A DNA stretch of 64,000 bases from contig JBMNFV010000001.1 of the NCBI GenBank assembly GCA_050949505.1, positions 445,625 through 509,624 on the forward strand, written 5' to 3'. Positions 29,941-39,652 of the stretch are shown here, piece by piece (position 1 is the first letter of the stretch; every line of letters starts with the position of its first letter). The DNA comes from Patescibacteria group bacterium (GTDB lineage: Bacteria > Patescibacteriota > Patescibacteriia > Patescibacteriales > UBA12465). The notes under the pieces are model-generated. The model was not told the DNA's origin. It searched no databases and saw only the letters and a program-made list of their open reading frames with translations. Made by a program: the position numbers and the translations under genes.

Positions 29941-30275
29941 AAATATTTTCTAAAAGACAATTAGATAATTTAAAAAGGTGATTTTGGTATAAAGCCAGAG
30001 TCACCTTTTTTAGATTGTTTTTAATAATAATCTAAATAACCTTTATTATATTAAAATGTTGCACTTACTTATTGATTTAAGCAAACACCTTACCGCTTTG
30101 GCGGTTTTTAAGTTACGAATAATTAACTAAAAATTAATTTGGAGTCATTCTGTTTAAAGTGCTATTTAAATACCTCAACTGATGGGAGTAAAGTAACATT
30201 AGTTATGTCTCTAGGCGAGCTATTGTAATTCTATACATAATGTTATATAATCTTATATATAAGATATACAAGATT

Positions 30276-31334
30276 ATGGATAATAAATTCAATAACAGAA
30301 TAAGCAATCTGCCTCAAAATGTTCTAGAATTAATTGATAAGATAGATTTATTAAAGAGTAACTGGGTAAATGGCGCCAAACTAGACCAACAAACTTTGAG
30401 TAATTTAAAGAAGTCTATTTTAATTACCTCAACTAGCGCTTCAACCCGCATTGAGGGTTCTCAGTTATCAGATGATGATGTGAAGCGATTAATGCGGGGC
30501 CTATCCCTACAAAAATTTAAAGACCGCGACAAACAAGAAGTGCGCGGATATTTTGATTTACTAACTAATGTTTTTGAATCATACAAATCAATTCCTTTCG
30601 CCGAGAGTACAATTAAATTTTTTCATCGCGAGCTATTAAAATATTCAAAGAAAGATGAATTGCATCGTGGCGAATATAAAAAAGAAGAAAATAAAGTGGC
30701 CATGGTGTCGCCAACTGGTGAGCCAATAGAAATATTATTTGATACAACTGCCCCCTGGCTAACACCAAAAGAAATGCAGGAGTTAGTTGAATGGACACAA
30801 ACTGCTTTTTTAGAAAAATCAGCTCATCCCTTAATTATTATTGGAAATTTTATAGTAGAGTTTTTGCATATTCATCCGTTTACCGATGGCAACGGAAGAT
30901 TATCAAGAGTATTAAGCAATCTTCTGCTACTGCAACATGGCTATGAATATATGCCCTATGTTTCACAAGAAAAATTAATTGAAGATAATAAGCCAGAATA
31001 TTATCTTGCTTTAAGAGCGAGTCAAAAGACTTTAAGGACTGATAAGGAAGATATCAGTGCTTGGTTAACTTTTTTCTTAAAAATTATCTTAAAACAATCT
31101 GAGCAAGCGATTAATATTATCTCTCATGAAGAGGTGTCTAAATTACTATCACCTCAACAAGCCCTTGTTTGGGAATATATTGTTAAACAAGCTGGAGTTG
31201 TTGCGCCACTAGAAATTTCTCGAGCGACCGGTATTCCTAGACCGACAATTAATCAGGTGTTAAATAAACTATTGCAACTTAAATGGATAGAAAGACTTGG
31301 TGTTGGTCGAGCGACTAGGTATAGGAAAAAATAA
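30276..31334 (+). CDS. Fic family protein (class II, C-terminal winged HTH)
   Basis: HPFTDGNGRLSR; inhibitory STRIEG motif; start set to ATG 30276, downstream of the TATAAT. Confidence 0.93.
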   Translation: MDNKFNNRISNLPQNVLELIDKIDLLKSNWVNGAKLDQQTLSNLKKSILITSTSASTRIEGSQLSDDDVKRLMRGLSLQKFKDRDKQEVRGYFDLLTNVFESYKSIPFAESTIKFFHRELLKYSKKDELHRGEYKKEENKVAMVSPTGEPIEILFDTTAPWLTPKEMQELVEWTQTAFLEKSAHPLIIIGNFIVEFLHIHPFTDGNGRLSRVLSNLLLLQHGYEYMPYVSQEKLIEDNKPEYYLALRASQKTLRTDKEDISAWLTFFLKIILKQSEQAINIISHEEVSKLLSPQQALVWEYIVKQAGVVAPLEISRATGIPRPTINQVLNKLLQLKWIERLGVGRATRYRKK

Positions 31335-31349
31335 CAGAAAAATAGCGAC

Positions 31350-31550
31350 CGAGGGGGGTCTAATGGAAATCTAACCGACTTAATTAGACGCTTTTTACCC
31401 AAGAGAACTAATTTTAAAACTGTAGTTGATCAATAGATTAAGTGTATTAAACTCTTCATTAACTCTCGTCCTTAGAAAAGACTCGGCGGGAAGACTCCTT
31501 TTGAAGCGCTCTATAAAATGACCGGCGTTGCACTTCTGCCTTGAATACAC
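31350..31550 (+). mobile_element. Degenerate IS30-family transposase 3' fragment with probable right end
   Basis: Translates RGGSNGNLTDLIRRFLPKRTNF...*...INSRP*KRLGGKTPFE...GVALLP*, resembling the IS30 C-terminus; two in-frame stops. Confidence 0.82.
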
Positions 31551-31561
31551 CTAAACAGCTA

Positions 31562-31689
31562 TTGACTTTTATAGAAATATGTGATATACTGTTTCTAGTT
31601 GATTAAAATAGGTTCTTTGACAAAACAAATTAATTTGCTTAATCATTAAGCTCAGCTAGTCTAGGTGGACTTAGTAATTAAGCAAATTA
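31562..31689 (+). promoter_or_regulatory. sigma70 promoter, boxA-like motif and leader hairpin
   Basis: TTGACT-17-TATACT; GTTCTTTGACAAA 31612-31624; hairpin 31631-31689. Confidence 0.7.
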
Positions 31690-31711
31690 TAAACAAAAAA
31701 ATAAAGTAGAT

Positions 31712-31951
31712 ATGAAAGATCTGGAAAACATGAAAGAAAGGGAATTAAGATTTGAAAGTCGGATAATAACCTTGTCAGCAATCGTATTGGGGTTGCTAAA
31801 GGTTACCGTTAGCTATGATGAGTTTCCTTGGTGGAAATTAATCTTAGCATTCTTATTCGTTTTTTTTGCAGCAAACTATGTAATTCGTGGAATTTACAAG
31901 TTCTGTAAAGAGAATGATGAAGAAATAAAAAAATTAATGAGCGATGAATAA
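31712..31951 (+). CDS. Small 2-TM hypothetical protein
   Basis: Two hydrophobic segments around DEFPWW; promoter upstream. Confidence 0.7.
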   Translation: MKDLENMKERELRFESRIITLSAIVLGLLKVTVSYDEFPWWKLILAFLFVFFAANYVIRGIYKFCKENDEEIKKLMSDE

Positions 31952-32119
31952 TCGCTCTTTTTTAAGATTAATGGTTGGAAAAAGAAGGGTGAGTCTAAAG
32001 AGGTTCTATTTATCATTTGATAGTCTTTGACTTGATTTTTTATTTAAGACAACCTAAGATGGAGACAAGTTATTTAACAATTTAAAGCCTTCCTTGAGGT
32101 TATAATACAAGGTAGTAAA

Positions 32120-32293
32120 ATGAAGAGTACAATAAAAATAGTATTAATTTCAAGCCTAGTTACCATTGCGGTTACAGCGGGCTTGATAGTGGATAAGCAT
32201 AGCTGGTGGCAAATAGTGGTCTCAGCCTTGTTTATCTTTGTTGCTACCTTTCTAGTCTTAGCCATGAGCTTGGCGGACAGGGAGGAGAAATGA
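32120..32293 (+). CDS. Small 2-TM hypothetical protein, 57 aa (not in ORF track)
   Basis: MKSTIKIVLISSLVTIAVTAGLIVDKHSWWQIVVSALFIFVATFLVLAMSLADREEK*; upstream promoter TTGATT-17-TAAGAT, downstream hairpin. Confidence 0.7.
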   Translation: MKSTIKIVLISSLVTIAVTAGLIVDKHSWWQIVVSALFIFVATFLVLAMSLADREEK

Positions 32294-32410
32294 AAATGAG
32301 AGCGGTTTTTTAATAAACCGCTTTTTTATTTTAGTCTTTTGCTAAAAAGCCTAACTTGTATTAAAATAGGAAAGGTAAGGATAATTTTATTTATTATTTA
32401 TTAGTTTTTA

Positions 32411-35400
32411 ATGTCTTTTGTTCACCTCCACAATCATAGTCACTATTCCTTATTAGACGGCTTGACTAAGATAGACGAAATGATTGCCGCTGCTAAAGAG
32501 CAAGGCTCACCAGCGGTAGCTTTAACTGACCACGGAGTGATGTATGGGGCGATAGAGTTCTATCAAAAGGCTAAACAGGCAGGAATTAAGCCAATTATTG
32601 GCGTAGAAGCCTATTTAGCTACTGGTTCTCGTTTAGCTAAGGAAACTAGAGAAGATGCCCGCAATTATCATCTAGTTCTTCTAGCTAAGAATCGGGAGGG
32701 TTATCAAAATCTAATTAAACTAACCTCCCTAGCCCATCTAGAGGGTTTCTATTACAAACCCCGGATAGACTGGGAAATTTTAGAGAAGCATCATGAAGGC
32801 CTAATTGCCCTAACCGCTTGCTTGGCAGGAGAAATTCCTCGCTTGATTCAGGCTGGAGACTTGGCTAAGGCTAAGAAAAGGATTTTAGAATACAATGAGC
32901 TATTTGGTCAGGGTAATTTCTATTTAGAAATTCAAGACCACCCTGAACTAGAAGATCAGGCTAAGGTTAATCAGCAATTAATTAAATTTTCTCAAGAGCT
33001 AAACATCCCGCTAGTGGCCACTAATGATGTTCACTATTTAAAAAAAGAAGATGCTGAGGCTCAAGATATTTTGCTCTGTATTCAAAACAAGAAGAAGTTA
33101 AGTGACCAGGACAGAATGACTATGTTGGGCTATGGGGACTATTCTTTCCGTTCTAACGCTGAAATGATTAAAGCCTTTGCCAAAGTGCCGGAGGCGATTG
33201 AAAATACTTTAAAGATCGCTGAGAGTTGTAATTTAGAGTTAGAGTTAGGGAAGACTCAATTACCCTATTTTGCCGTCCCCGCTGGTTATGATGGCAATTC
33301 CTATTTGCGACAGTGGAGTGAGGAGGGAATTGCTCGACGTTTTCCGGGAGCTAGTGAAGGGGAGCTAAAATTAGTTCAGGAAAGACTGGACTATGAGCTG
33401 TCAGTGATTGCTAATATGGGTTGGCCCGACTACTTCCTAATTGTCGCGGACTTTATCAAGTGGGCTAAGGATAATAACATAGTGGTTGGCCCTGGACGAG
33501 GCAGTGCGGCTGGCTCTTTGGTTTGTTATTTAACGGGGATCACTAACCTAGACCCCTTGAAATATGAACTATTGTTTGAGCGTTTCCTAAACCCTGAAAG
33601 AGTTTCTATGCCAGATATTGATATGGACTTTGCCGATACCAGGCGGGGAGAGGTTTTAAATTATGTAGGCGAGAAATATGGACATGACCACGTAGCGCAA
33701 ATAATTACCTTTGGAACCCTAGCCGCCCGGGCAGCCGTGCGTGATGTTGGACGAGTTTTAGATGAGCCCTATGAGTTTTGTGACCGACTCTCTAAAAGTA
33801 TCCCGATGTTCACTAAACTAGGAGAAGCAATTGCTAAGGTGCCGGAGGTAAAAAACTTTTATCAAACTGACCCGGCTGCTAAAAGAATTTTAGACTATGC
33901 CCTGCGACTAGAGGGGGTGGCTCGGCACGCCTCTACACATGCTTGCGGGGTCCTAATTACCGCTAGCCCCCTAACTGACCACGTACCTATTCAATATGCG
34001 TCATCAACTGATCAGACCATCATTTCTCAATACTCACTACACCCAATTGAAGACTTGGGTCTTTTAAAGATGGACTTCTTGGGGCTTAAGAATTTAAGTA
34101 TCATTGAAGCGGCCCTGAAGATTATTAAAAATACTCGTAATTTAGAGATTGATATAGATAATCTTCCGCTGGATGACCCCTTAGCCTATGAACTGTTTCA
34201 AAGGGGGGAAACCACCGGAGTTTTTCAATTTGAATCTTCAGGGATGCGCCGATATTTACGAGAGTTAAAGCCTAGCGTTTTTGAAGACATTATTGCCATG
34301 GTAGCCCTTTATCGCCCTGGTCCCATGGAGTGGATTCCTGACTATATTGCGGGCAAAGAGGGTAGCAAACAAGTCACTTATCTACATGAGAAGTTGGCGC
34401 CAATTCTAGAGAAAACTTATGGGGTGGCGATTTATCAGGAACAAGTCATGCAAATTGCTCGCGACCTAGCGGGCTTTACCATGGGCCAAGCGGATGTTTT
34501 GCGTAAAGCGATGGGCAAAAAGATTCCTAAGTTGCTAGCGGAGCAAAAAGAGAAGTTTATTGACGGCTGTGTTAAGAATAGTATTCCTCAAGAATTAGCC
34601 GCTAAGATTTTCTCGTTTATTGAGCCCTTTGCTGGCTATGGCTTTAATCGCAGTCACGCTGCTTGTTATGCTATGATTGCCTACCAAACCGCCTATCTTA
34701 AGGCCCACTGGCCAGTGGAGTTTATGGCCGCCCTGCTAACCGCTGATCAAAATGATATAGAACGAATTGCCATTGATATAGAGGAGTGTCGGAGCATGGG
34801 GATCAAGATAATGGCCCCGGATGTTAATGAATCCTTTGGTACTTTTACGGTGGTCACTAAGGGGACGAGTGAGAATCGGGCGGTGGCGGACGATGAGGTT
34901 TTAGACACCATTAGGTTTGGCTTAAAGGCCGTTAAGAACTTAGGAGATAATATTGTTGACACCTTAATTAAAGAGCGAAAAGAGCGAGGAGCTTTTAAAG
35001 ATGTTTTTGACCTTTTGGAGCGAGTGACCGATAAGGATTTAAATAAAAAGTCTTTGGAGAGTTTGATTAAAAGCGGTGCCTTGGATGGTTTTGGTGAACG
35101 AGGTGAGCTACTAGCTAATCTAGAAAGGTTATTAAATTACAATAAAGAATTTATCCGAGCACTAGAGAGCAAACAGGTTAGCTTGTTTTCCCTGGCTCCT
35201 GATAAAATATCTTTGCCAAAAATTTCCCTCATAACTAGTCCGCCAGTGGAAACTGCGGAGAAGCTAGCTTGGGAAAAAGAATTACTAGGACTTTATGTTA
35301 GTGAGCATCCCTATAACCTGTTTAGCAGTCATCTCCAGGGCTATGTGGTTCCCCTGGCTAGACTGAAGGAATATCGGGGTCAAGAAAGAATTATTATCGC

Positions 35401-36049
35401 CGGCATAGTTTCAGCGATTAATAAAATTATCACGCGTAAAGGAGAGGCGATGTTGTTTGTTAAAATAGAAGATGCCGTTAATTCAGTAGAGCTATTAATT
35501 TTTCCTAAACTATATCAAGAAACAGCTGAGCTTTGGCAGGTGGGGCAGGCAATTATTGCCGCCGGTAGTTTGTCAGAAAAAGATCAGGAATTAAAAGTAT
35601 TAACTAATGTAGTGGGAGCCTTAACTACTAGTGACATTCTTGGTTCGCTTGATAATTTTAAAAAGAGCTTGCTAGCAGCAGCCCCACAGCGACGCTTCTA
35701 TCGTCCCCCAGGTGGTGGTCAGAGTTATCAGTCAAAGAAACAAGCAAGCGCTTCACCTGAAGAGACTAAGCCTCGTTCTTTGCAGGTTAGTCAGCCTAGC
35801 CCTCCCAGTAGCAAGTTAGTGGCGCCTTTTAAATTAATAATTAAGGAAAATTTAACAGAAGCTACTTTAGAAAAACTAAAAAGTATTTTTACTAAACACC
35901 CTGGAGCTAGCCCAGTCCACTTTATGGCAAGAGCAGCGACTGGTAAGGCGAAGATTATTAAAACTGAACTAAGGGTTTCTCCTAGTCCAGAATTAACTAC
36001 GGCGTTAACTACTGAGTTAGCTGACTTAATTAAGTTAGTTAAGTTTTAA
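32411..36049 (+). CDS. dnaE: DNA polymerase III alpha subunit
   Basis: FVHLHNHSHYSLLDG, GPGRGSAAGS, FERFLNPERVSMPDIDMDF, YGFNRSH. Confidence 0.98.
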   Translation: MSFVHLHNHSHYSLLDGLTKIDEMIAAAKEQGSPAVALTDHGVMYGAIEFYQKAKQAGIKPIIGVEAYLATGSRLAKETREDARNYHLVLLAKNREGYQNLIKLTSLAHLEGFYYKPRIDWEILEKHHEGLIALTACLAGEIPRLIQAGDLAKAKKRILEYNELFGQGNFYLEIQDHPELEDQAKVNQQLIKFSQELNIPLVATNDVHYLKKEDAEAQDILLCIQNKKKLSDQDRMTMLGYGDYSFRSNAEMIKAFAKVPEAIENTLKIAESCNLELELGKTQLPYFAVPAGYDGNSYLRQWSEEGIARRFPGASEGELKLVQERLDYELSVIANMGWPDYFLIVADFIKWAKDNNIVVGPGRGSAAGSLVCYLTGITNLDPLKYELLFERFLNPERVSMPDIDMDFADTRRGEVLNYVGEKYGHDHVAQIITFGTLAARAAVRDVGRVLDEPYEFCDRLSKSIPMFTKLGEAIAKVPEVKNFYQTDPAAKRILDYALRLEGVARHASTHACGVLITASPLTDHVPIQYASSTDQTIISQYSLHPIEDLGLLKMDFLGLKNLSIIEAALKIIKNTRNLEIDIDNLPLDDPLAYELFQRGETTGVFQFESSGMRRYLRELKPSVFEDIIAMVALYRPGPMEWIPDYIAGKEGSKQVTYLHEKLAPILEKTYGVAIYQEQVMQIARDLAGFTMGQADVLRKAMGKKIPKLLAEQKEKFIDGCVKNSIPQELAAKIFSFIEPFAGYGFNRSHAACYAMIAYQTAYLKAHWPVEFMAALLTADQNDIERIAIDIEECRSMGIKIMAPDVNESFGTFTVVTKGTSENRAVADDEVLDTIRFGLKAVKNLGDNIVDTLIKERKERGAFKDVFDLLERVTDKDLNKKSLESLIKSGALDGFGERGELLANLERLLNYNKEFIRALESKQVSLFSLAPDKISLPKISLITSPPVETAEKLAWEKELLGLYVSEHPYNLFSSHLQGYVVPLARLKEYRGQERIIIAGIVSAINKIITRKGEAMLFVKIEDAVNSVELLIFPKLYQETAELWQVGQAIIAAGSLSEKDQELKVLTNVVGALTTSDILGSLDNFKKSLLAAAPQRRFYRPPGGGQSYQSKKQASASPEETKPRSLQVSQPSPPSSKLVAPFKLIIKENLTEATLEKLKSIFTKHPGASPVHFMARAATGKAKIIKTELRVSPSPELTTALTTELADLIKLVKF

Positions 36050-36126
36050 ATAATTGCGAGCTTTCTAAATATTTGATATAGTTTAAGTAATAGAAATTTT
36101 TAAGAAATTTATTTTCTTTTTTATTT

Positions 36127-37719
36127 ATGTCTAAGAGTCAAAAAAAGGTTACGGCAAAAACTAAGCCAGCTAAGAGTACTAAGGCTAAACCTAAAACTGC
36201 GGCCGCCACCAAGAGTACTAGCGCTAAAAAGCCTAAGACAGTGGCAGCTAAGAAAACTACCACTACTCAGGCTAAAGCGAAAACTGCTCCTAAAAAGCCA
36301 GCCGCTACTAAGACCAAGAAAGCTCCCGCTAAACCTAAGACTAAGGTCAAGCCAGTGATTATTGAGGTAATAGAAGATGAGTTAGTTGAGGATAAGATTT
36401 TTCCTGACTTACCGGAGCATTTAGAAGACTCTAGTTATCTAAGTGATGAAGAGGATATTTTGGCTAGCCAAGATCAAGAATTAGACCAGCAAGAAAAGTT
36501 CTTTTCAGAAATAGTAGATGAAATGGCTAAAGAGCAGGGAGCTAGAGAAACTACTGAAACAGGCTCCACTCGACGTAGTCGGGTAGCCCTATACCGTCGC
36601 TTTGTTTGGCGCTTTGTAATTGGGATTGGTGCCTTAGCAGCCCTAATCTTCTTTCTGTCTTTTTCTCGACTAACAATTAGTATTTTTCCTAGCGGTGAGA
36701 CGGTTAGCGGTCATACGCTAATTAGGGTGGCTAGTAGTTTTACTGAAACAGAGGCTAGTGAAGGTGACTACCGCGAACAAGTACTAGGTGAACTGAAAAT
36801 AGTTGATCTTAGTGAGGAGAAAGAGTTTACCGCCACGGGTGAAGAGTTTGTTGGAGAAGAGATCTATGGACAGGTAACTATTATTAATACCACTGATAAA
36901 GACCAGCCTTTGGTAGCGACGACTAGACTCCTAAGTCCAGATGATAAATTATATAGGCTTAAGGCGGGAGTAACGGTGCCAGCTAGAGGTGAGGTTCAGG
37001 CAGAAATATATGTTGATGAGCCTAGTGACAGTCTAGCCATTGCCCCCACCAGCTTCACCATACCCGGACTGTGGGCGGGACTGCAAGATAAGATCTATGC
37101 GCGCAGTCAGGAGCCTTTTATCTATAAGCAGCGAGTGACTAATTATGTTAAGGCCAGTGACATTGAAAGAGCGGTTAGTGAAATGAATTCCATTCTCTTA
37201 GCTAAATTAAAGTTAGAGCAAAAAAATACACCAGAAGACAAGCAAGAGATTTATGAATTTTTAACCCCCACCAAATTTACTTACGAGGTTAAGCCTGGCG
37301 AAGCGGTGAAAACTTTTACCGTTAAGGCCAGCAGTCAGGTTTTAAACATCTCTTTACCAAAAGAAGAGATTAGTCGGCTCACTGATAAGCTACTTAAACT
37401 TAATCTCCCTGATGATAAAACCCTAATTAATCCTCAGGCAGAGAATGTAGTTTATAGCTTTGAGTCCTATGATGCTGAGCTAGCGGAAGCGGTGGTTAAA
37501 TTAAGTTTTAGTGGCACGATGATCCTAAAAAGAGATAATGACTTAGTAGACAAGAAGGCCTTAGTTAACTTAAGTCAAGCCCAACTAACCACTTACCTAA
37601 AGTCCTTCCCGGAAATAAAGAACTTTAATCTAGAATTTTATCCTAAATTTATCAAACGAGCGCCTTGGTTACCAGAGCGGATTGAGATAGATGTAAAAGA
37701 CTTGTCTAAGGAAATTTAA
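36127..37719 (+). CDS. Membrane protein with Lys/Ala/Thr-rich N-terminus and baseplate-J-like outer domain
   Basis: H1-like first ~75 aa, acidic stretch, one TM, GQVTIIN...VTVPARG...FTIPGL. Confidence 0.55.
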   Translation: MSKSQKKVTAKTKPAKSTKAKPKTAAATKSTSAKKPKTVAAKKTTTTQAKAKTAPKKPAATKTKKAPAKPKTKVKPVIIEVIEDELVEDKIFPDLPEHLEDSSYLSDEEDILASQDQELDQQEKFFSEIVDEMAKEQGARETTETGSTRRSRVALYRRFVWRFVIGIGALAALIFFLSFSRLTISIFPSGETVSGHTLIRVASSFTETEASEGDYREQVLGELKIVDLSEEKEFTATGEEFVGEEIYGQVTIINTTDKDQPLVATTRLLSPDDKLYRLKAGVTVPARGEVQAEIYVDEPSDSLAIAPTSFTIPGLWAGLQDKIYARSQEPFIYKQRVTNYVKASDIERAVSEMNSILLAKLKLEQKNTPEDKQEIYEFLTPTKFTYEVKPGEAVKTFTVKASSQVLNISLPKEEISRLTDKLLKLNLPDDKTLINPQAENVVYSFESYDAELAEAVVKLSFSGTMILKRDNDLVDKKALVNLSQAQLTTYLKSFPEIKNFNLEFYPKFIKRAPWLPERIEIDVKDLSKEI

Positions 37720-37802
37720 ATTTAAAAATAGTTATAGAAAAACTGCCGAACTAATCGGCAGTTTTTGTTTATGACTATTAATGGTGATTATCTTTTTCGT
37801 GA

Positions 37803-38714
37803 TTAGAACAGTCCGAGGAACTTAGAATTAGTTTTCTTAGGCTTAGTGGGGGCGTGAATAATCTTAGCTAGGTCAGCAGTTAACTTAGTGGCGGCGCCTA
37901 AGGGGCGCTGGTGAAGATTGCGGCCAATAGCAAGACCATAAAGACCATTAGCTAACTGCAGTTTAGTAGTGGCCAGTAGTTCTTTAGTTTCTCGTTGGCT
38001 ACCACCAACACAAATAATTTTAGTTCGCCCGGCGGCCTGGATTACTTCTTGATATTTCTTGATAGTTAATTTAGGATTACGACCAGAGTAGGGGTACTTT
38101 AATTTAACAAAGTCAGCATCTAGGCAGGCAGCTACCCCAGCACCACCGGCAATGGTGTGGATGTTTTCCTCCTTAATCCCTTGTCCTCGCGGATAGACCC
38201 AGAGAACGGCAATTAGGCCCTGCTGGTGAGCGGCGGAGATTAGCTGGGCTGCCTCGGCTAGCATTTCGGCTTCATAGCGACCACCTAAATATAGAGTGTA
38301 GCCTACGCCCACTATTTTTAGGCCCGATTGTTTTTTGAATTTAACTATTTGATCAATCGTCCACCAGGTTCGGCTAGAATCTTTATCTTCATTTGGACCC
38401 AAGTTAGTCTTACCATTCATTTTTACCAAATAGGGAACCTGATCATACTGATAGCCATATTGAGAAATTAGGCCCAAGTGAGTAGCGAAGAGCACTCCTT
38501 TGGTGCTAGCGGCAATTTTGAACAAATGTTCCGGCGAGGCATCGTCTTTAGCAATATTAGGTCCAAAAAAATCATCATTAAGGTGCTCTACCTTCTGGTC
38601 ACCAGCGAATAACAACAGGCGACCAGTGCCAGCGGTGGCCAGGCGATAATTCTTTTTATACTCAGATAATTTACCCTCAGGAACACTTAAGGGAATTTGT
38701 GAATCACTTAACAT
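37803..38714 (-). CDS. Class I fructose-bisphosphate aldolase (DhnA type)
   Basis: LFAGDQKVEH, YLVKMNGKT, GYTLYLG, WVYPRG, ADFVKL, AIGRN. Confidence 0.9.
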   Translation of the reverse strand: MLSDSQIPLSVPEGKLSEYKKNYRLATAGTGRLLLFAGDQKVEHLNDDFFGPNIAKDDASPEHLFKIAASTKGVLFATHLGLISQYGYQYDQVPYLVKMNGKTNLGPNEDKDSSRTWWTIDQIVKFKKQSGLKIVGVGYTLYLGGRYEAEMLAEAAQLISAAHQQGLIAVLWVYPRGQGIKEENIHTIAGGAGVAACLDADFVKLKYPYSGRNPKLTIKKYQEVIQAAGRTKIICVGGSQRETKELLATTKLQLANGLYGLAIGRNLHQRPLGAATKLTADLAKIIHAPTKPKKTNSKFLGLF

Positions 38715-38780
38715 AAATTGAGATTTATAAATTTAATAAATTGTGCTACTATGAAGTAGGTGAAGTTATTATAACATCTT

Positions 38781-39650
38781 ATGAGAAAAAATAAAAATCA
38801 AGGAAATTTAGATTTAAAAAACTACGATCAACAAACTGATTTGAGTTTAAAGAAAATGAATTTTGGCTTATGGCTAGCAGAACGGCGAGCGCTTTTTACT
38901 AGACTAATAATTATTTTTTTAATTTCAGTTTCCGTTTTCTTTTTTTCTTATTCTATCTATCATTTTATCGCCTATTACCTAGAACCAACTGAACCAGGGA
39001 TTGAAGATTTGGTTAATATCCCCCGCAGTGAGGTAGCTGAGCTACAAATTTCCAACCCTCAGGTTTTAAAGAATAATAGTCATTATGATTTTTTAGCAAC
39101 CTTAAGCAATCCTAATCAGCAATATTACGCTCACTTCAACTATTGCTTTATGGTTAATGAAGAGGAACTGCCTTGCCAAGCGGACTTTATTTTGCCCAAC
39201 GAAGAGAAGTATTTATTTTCTTTAAATCAAAATATTCTCTCTCCCAATGCTCAGGTGGTCCTGAAGATCAAAGACTTAAGTTGGACAAGAATCAATGTCC
39301 GAGAGATTCCCAACTGGGAGGACTATTTAGCCACGAGACTAAGGGTGGTGATTGAAGAAATTAGCCTAGAGCCCTTAGAGAATAATTTAGGCGACTACTT
39401 AGAGTTTAAGCTTAGTAATCAGAGTGCCTACTCCTACCGCTCTTTACCCTTAGACATTACTTATTTCGCCAATAATCAGTTAGTGGGAGTTAATCGCTAT
39501 ATTGCTAATGAATTAATTAGTGGTGAGACTAGACAAATACGCTTGAGCATTCCCGCTAGTTTACTGGGGGTTAATCAAGTGAAGATTAGGCCAAATGTAA
39601 ATATCTTAGCTGATGATAATTATATTAAATACCGCGTTTCAGATTACTAA
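38781..39650 (+). CDS. Hypothetical single-TM protein with Ig-like (FxLYD-like) domains
   Basis: One TM, LSNPN...FILPNEEKY; 2 bp from rodA. Confidence 0.6.
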   Translation: MRKNKNQGNLDLKNYDQQTDLSLKKMNFGLWLAERRALFTRLIIIFLISVSVFFFSYSIYHFIAYYLEPTEPGIEDLVNIPRSEVAELQISNPQVLKNNSHYDFLATLSNPNQQYYAHFNYCFMVNEEELPCQADFILPNEEKYLFSLNQNILSPNAQVVLKIKDLSWTRINVREIPNWEDYLATRLRVVIEEISLEPLENNLGDYLEFKLSNQSAYSYRSLPLDITYFANNQLVGVNRYIANELISGETRQIRLSIPASLLGVNQVKIRPNVNILADDNYIKYRVSDY

Positions 39651-39652
39651 TT

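Noticed and set aside
28277-30240. parS site near parAB
   Set aside because: No match to TGTTTCACGTGAAACA seen by eye
32074-32265. 63-aa minus-strand ORF
   Set aside because: Shadow of the better-supported plus-strand ORF 32120-32293
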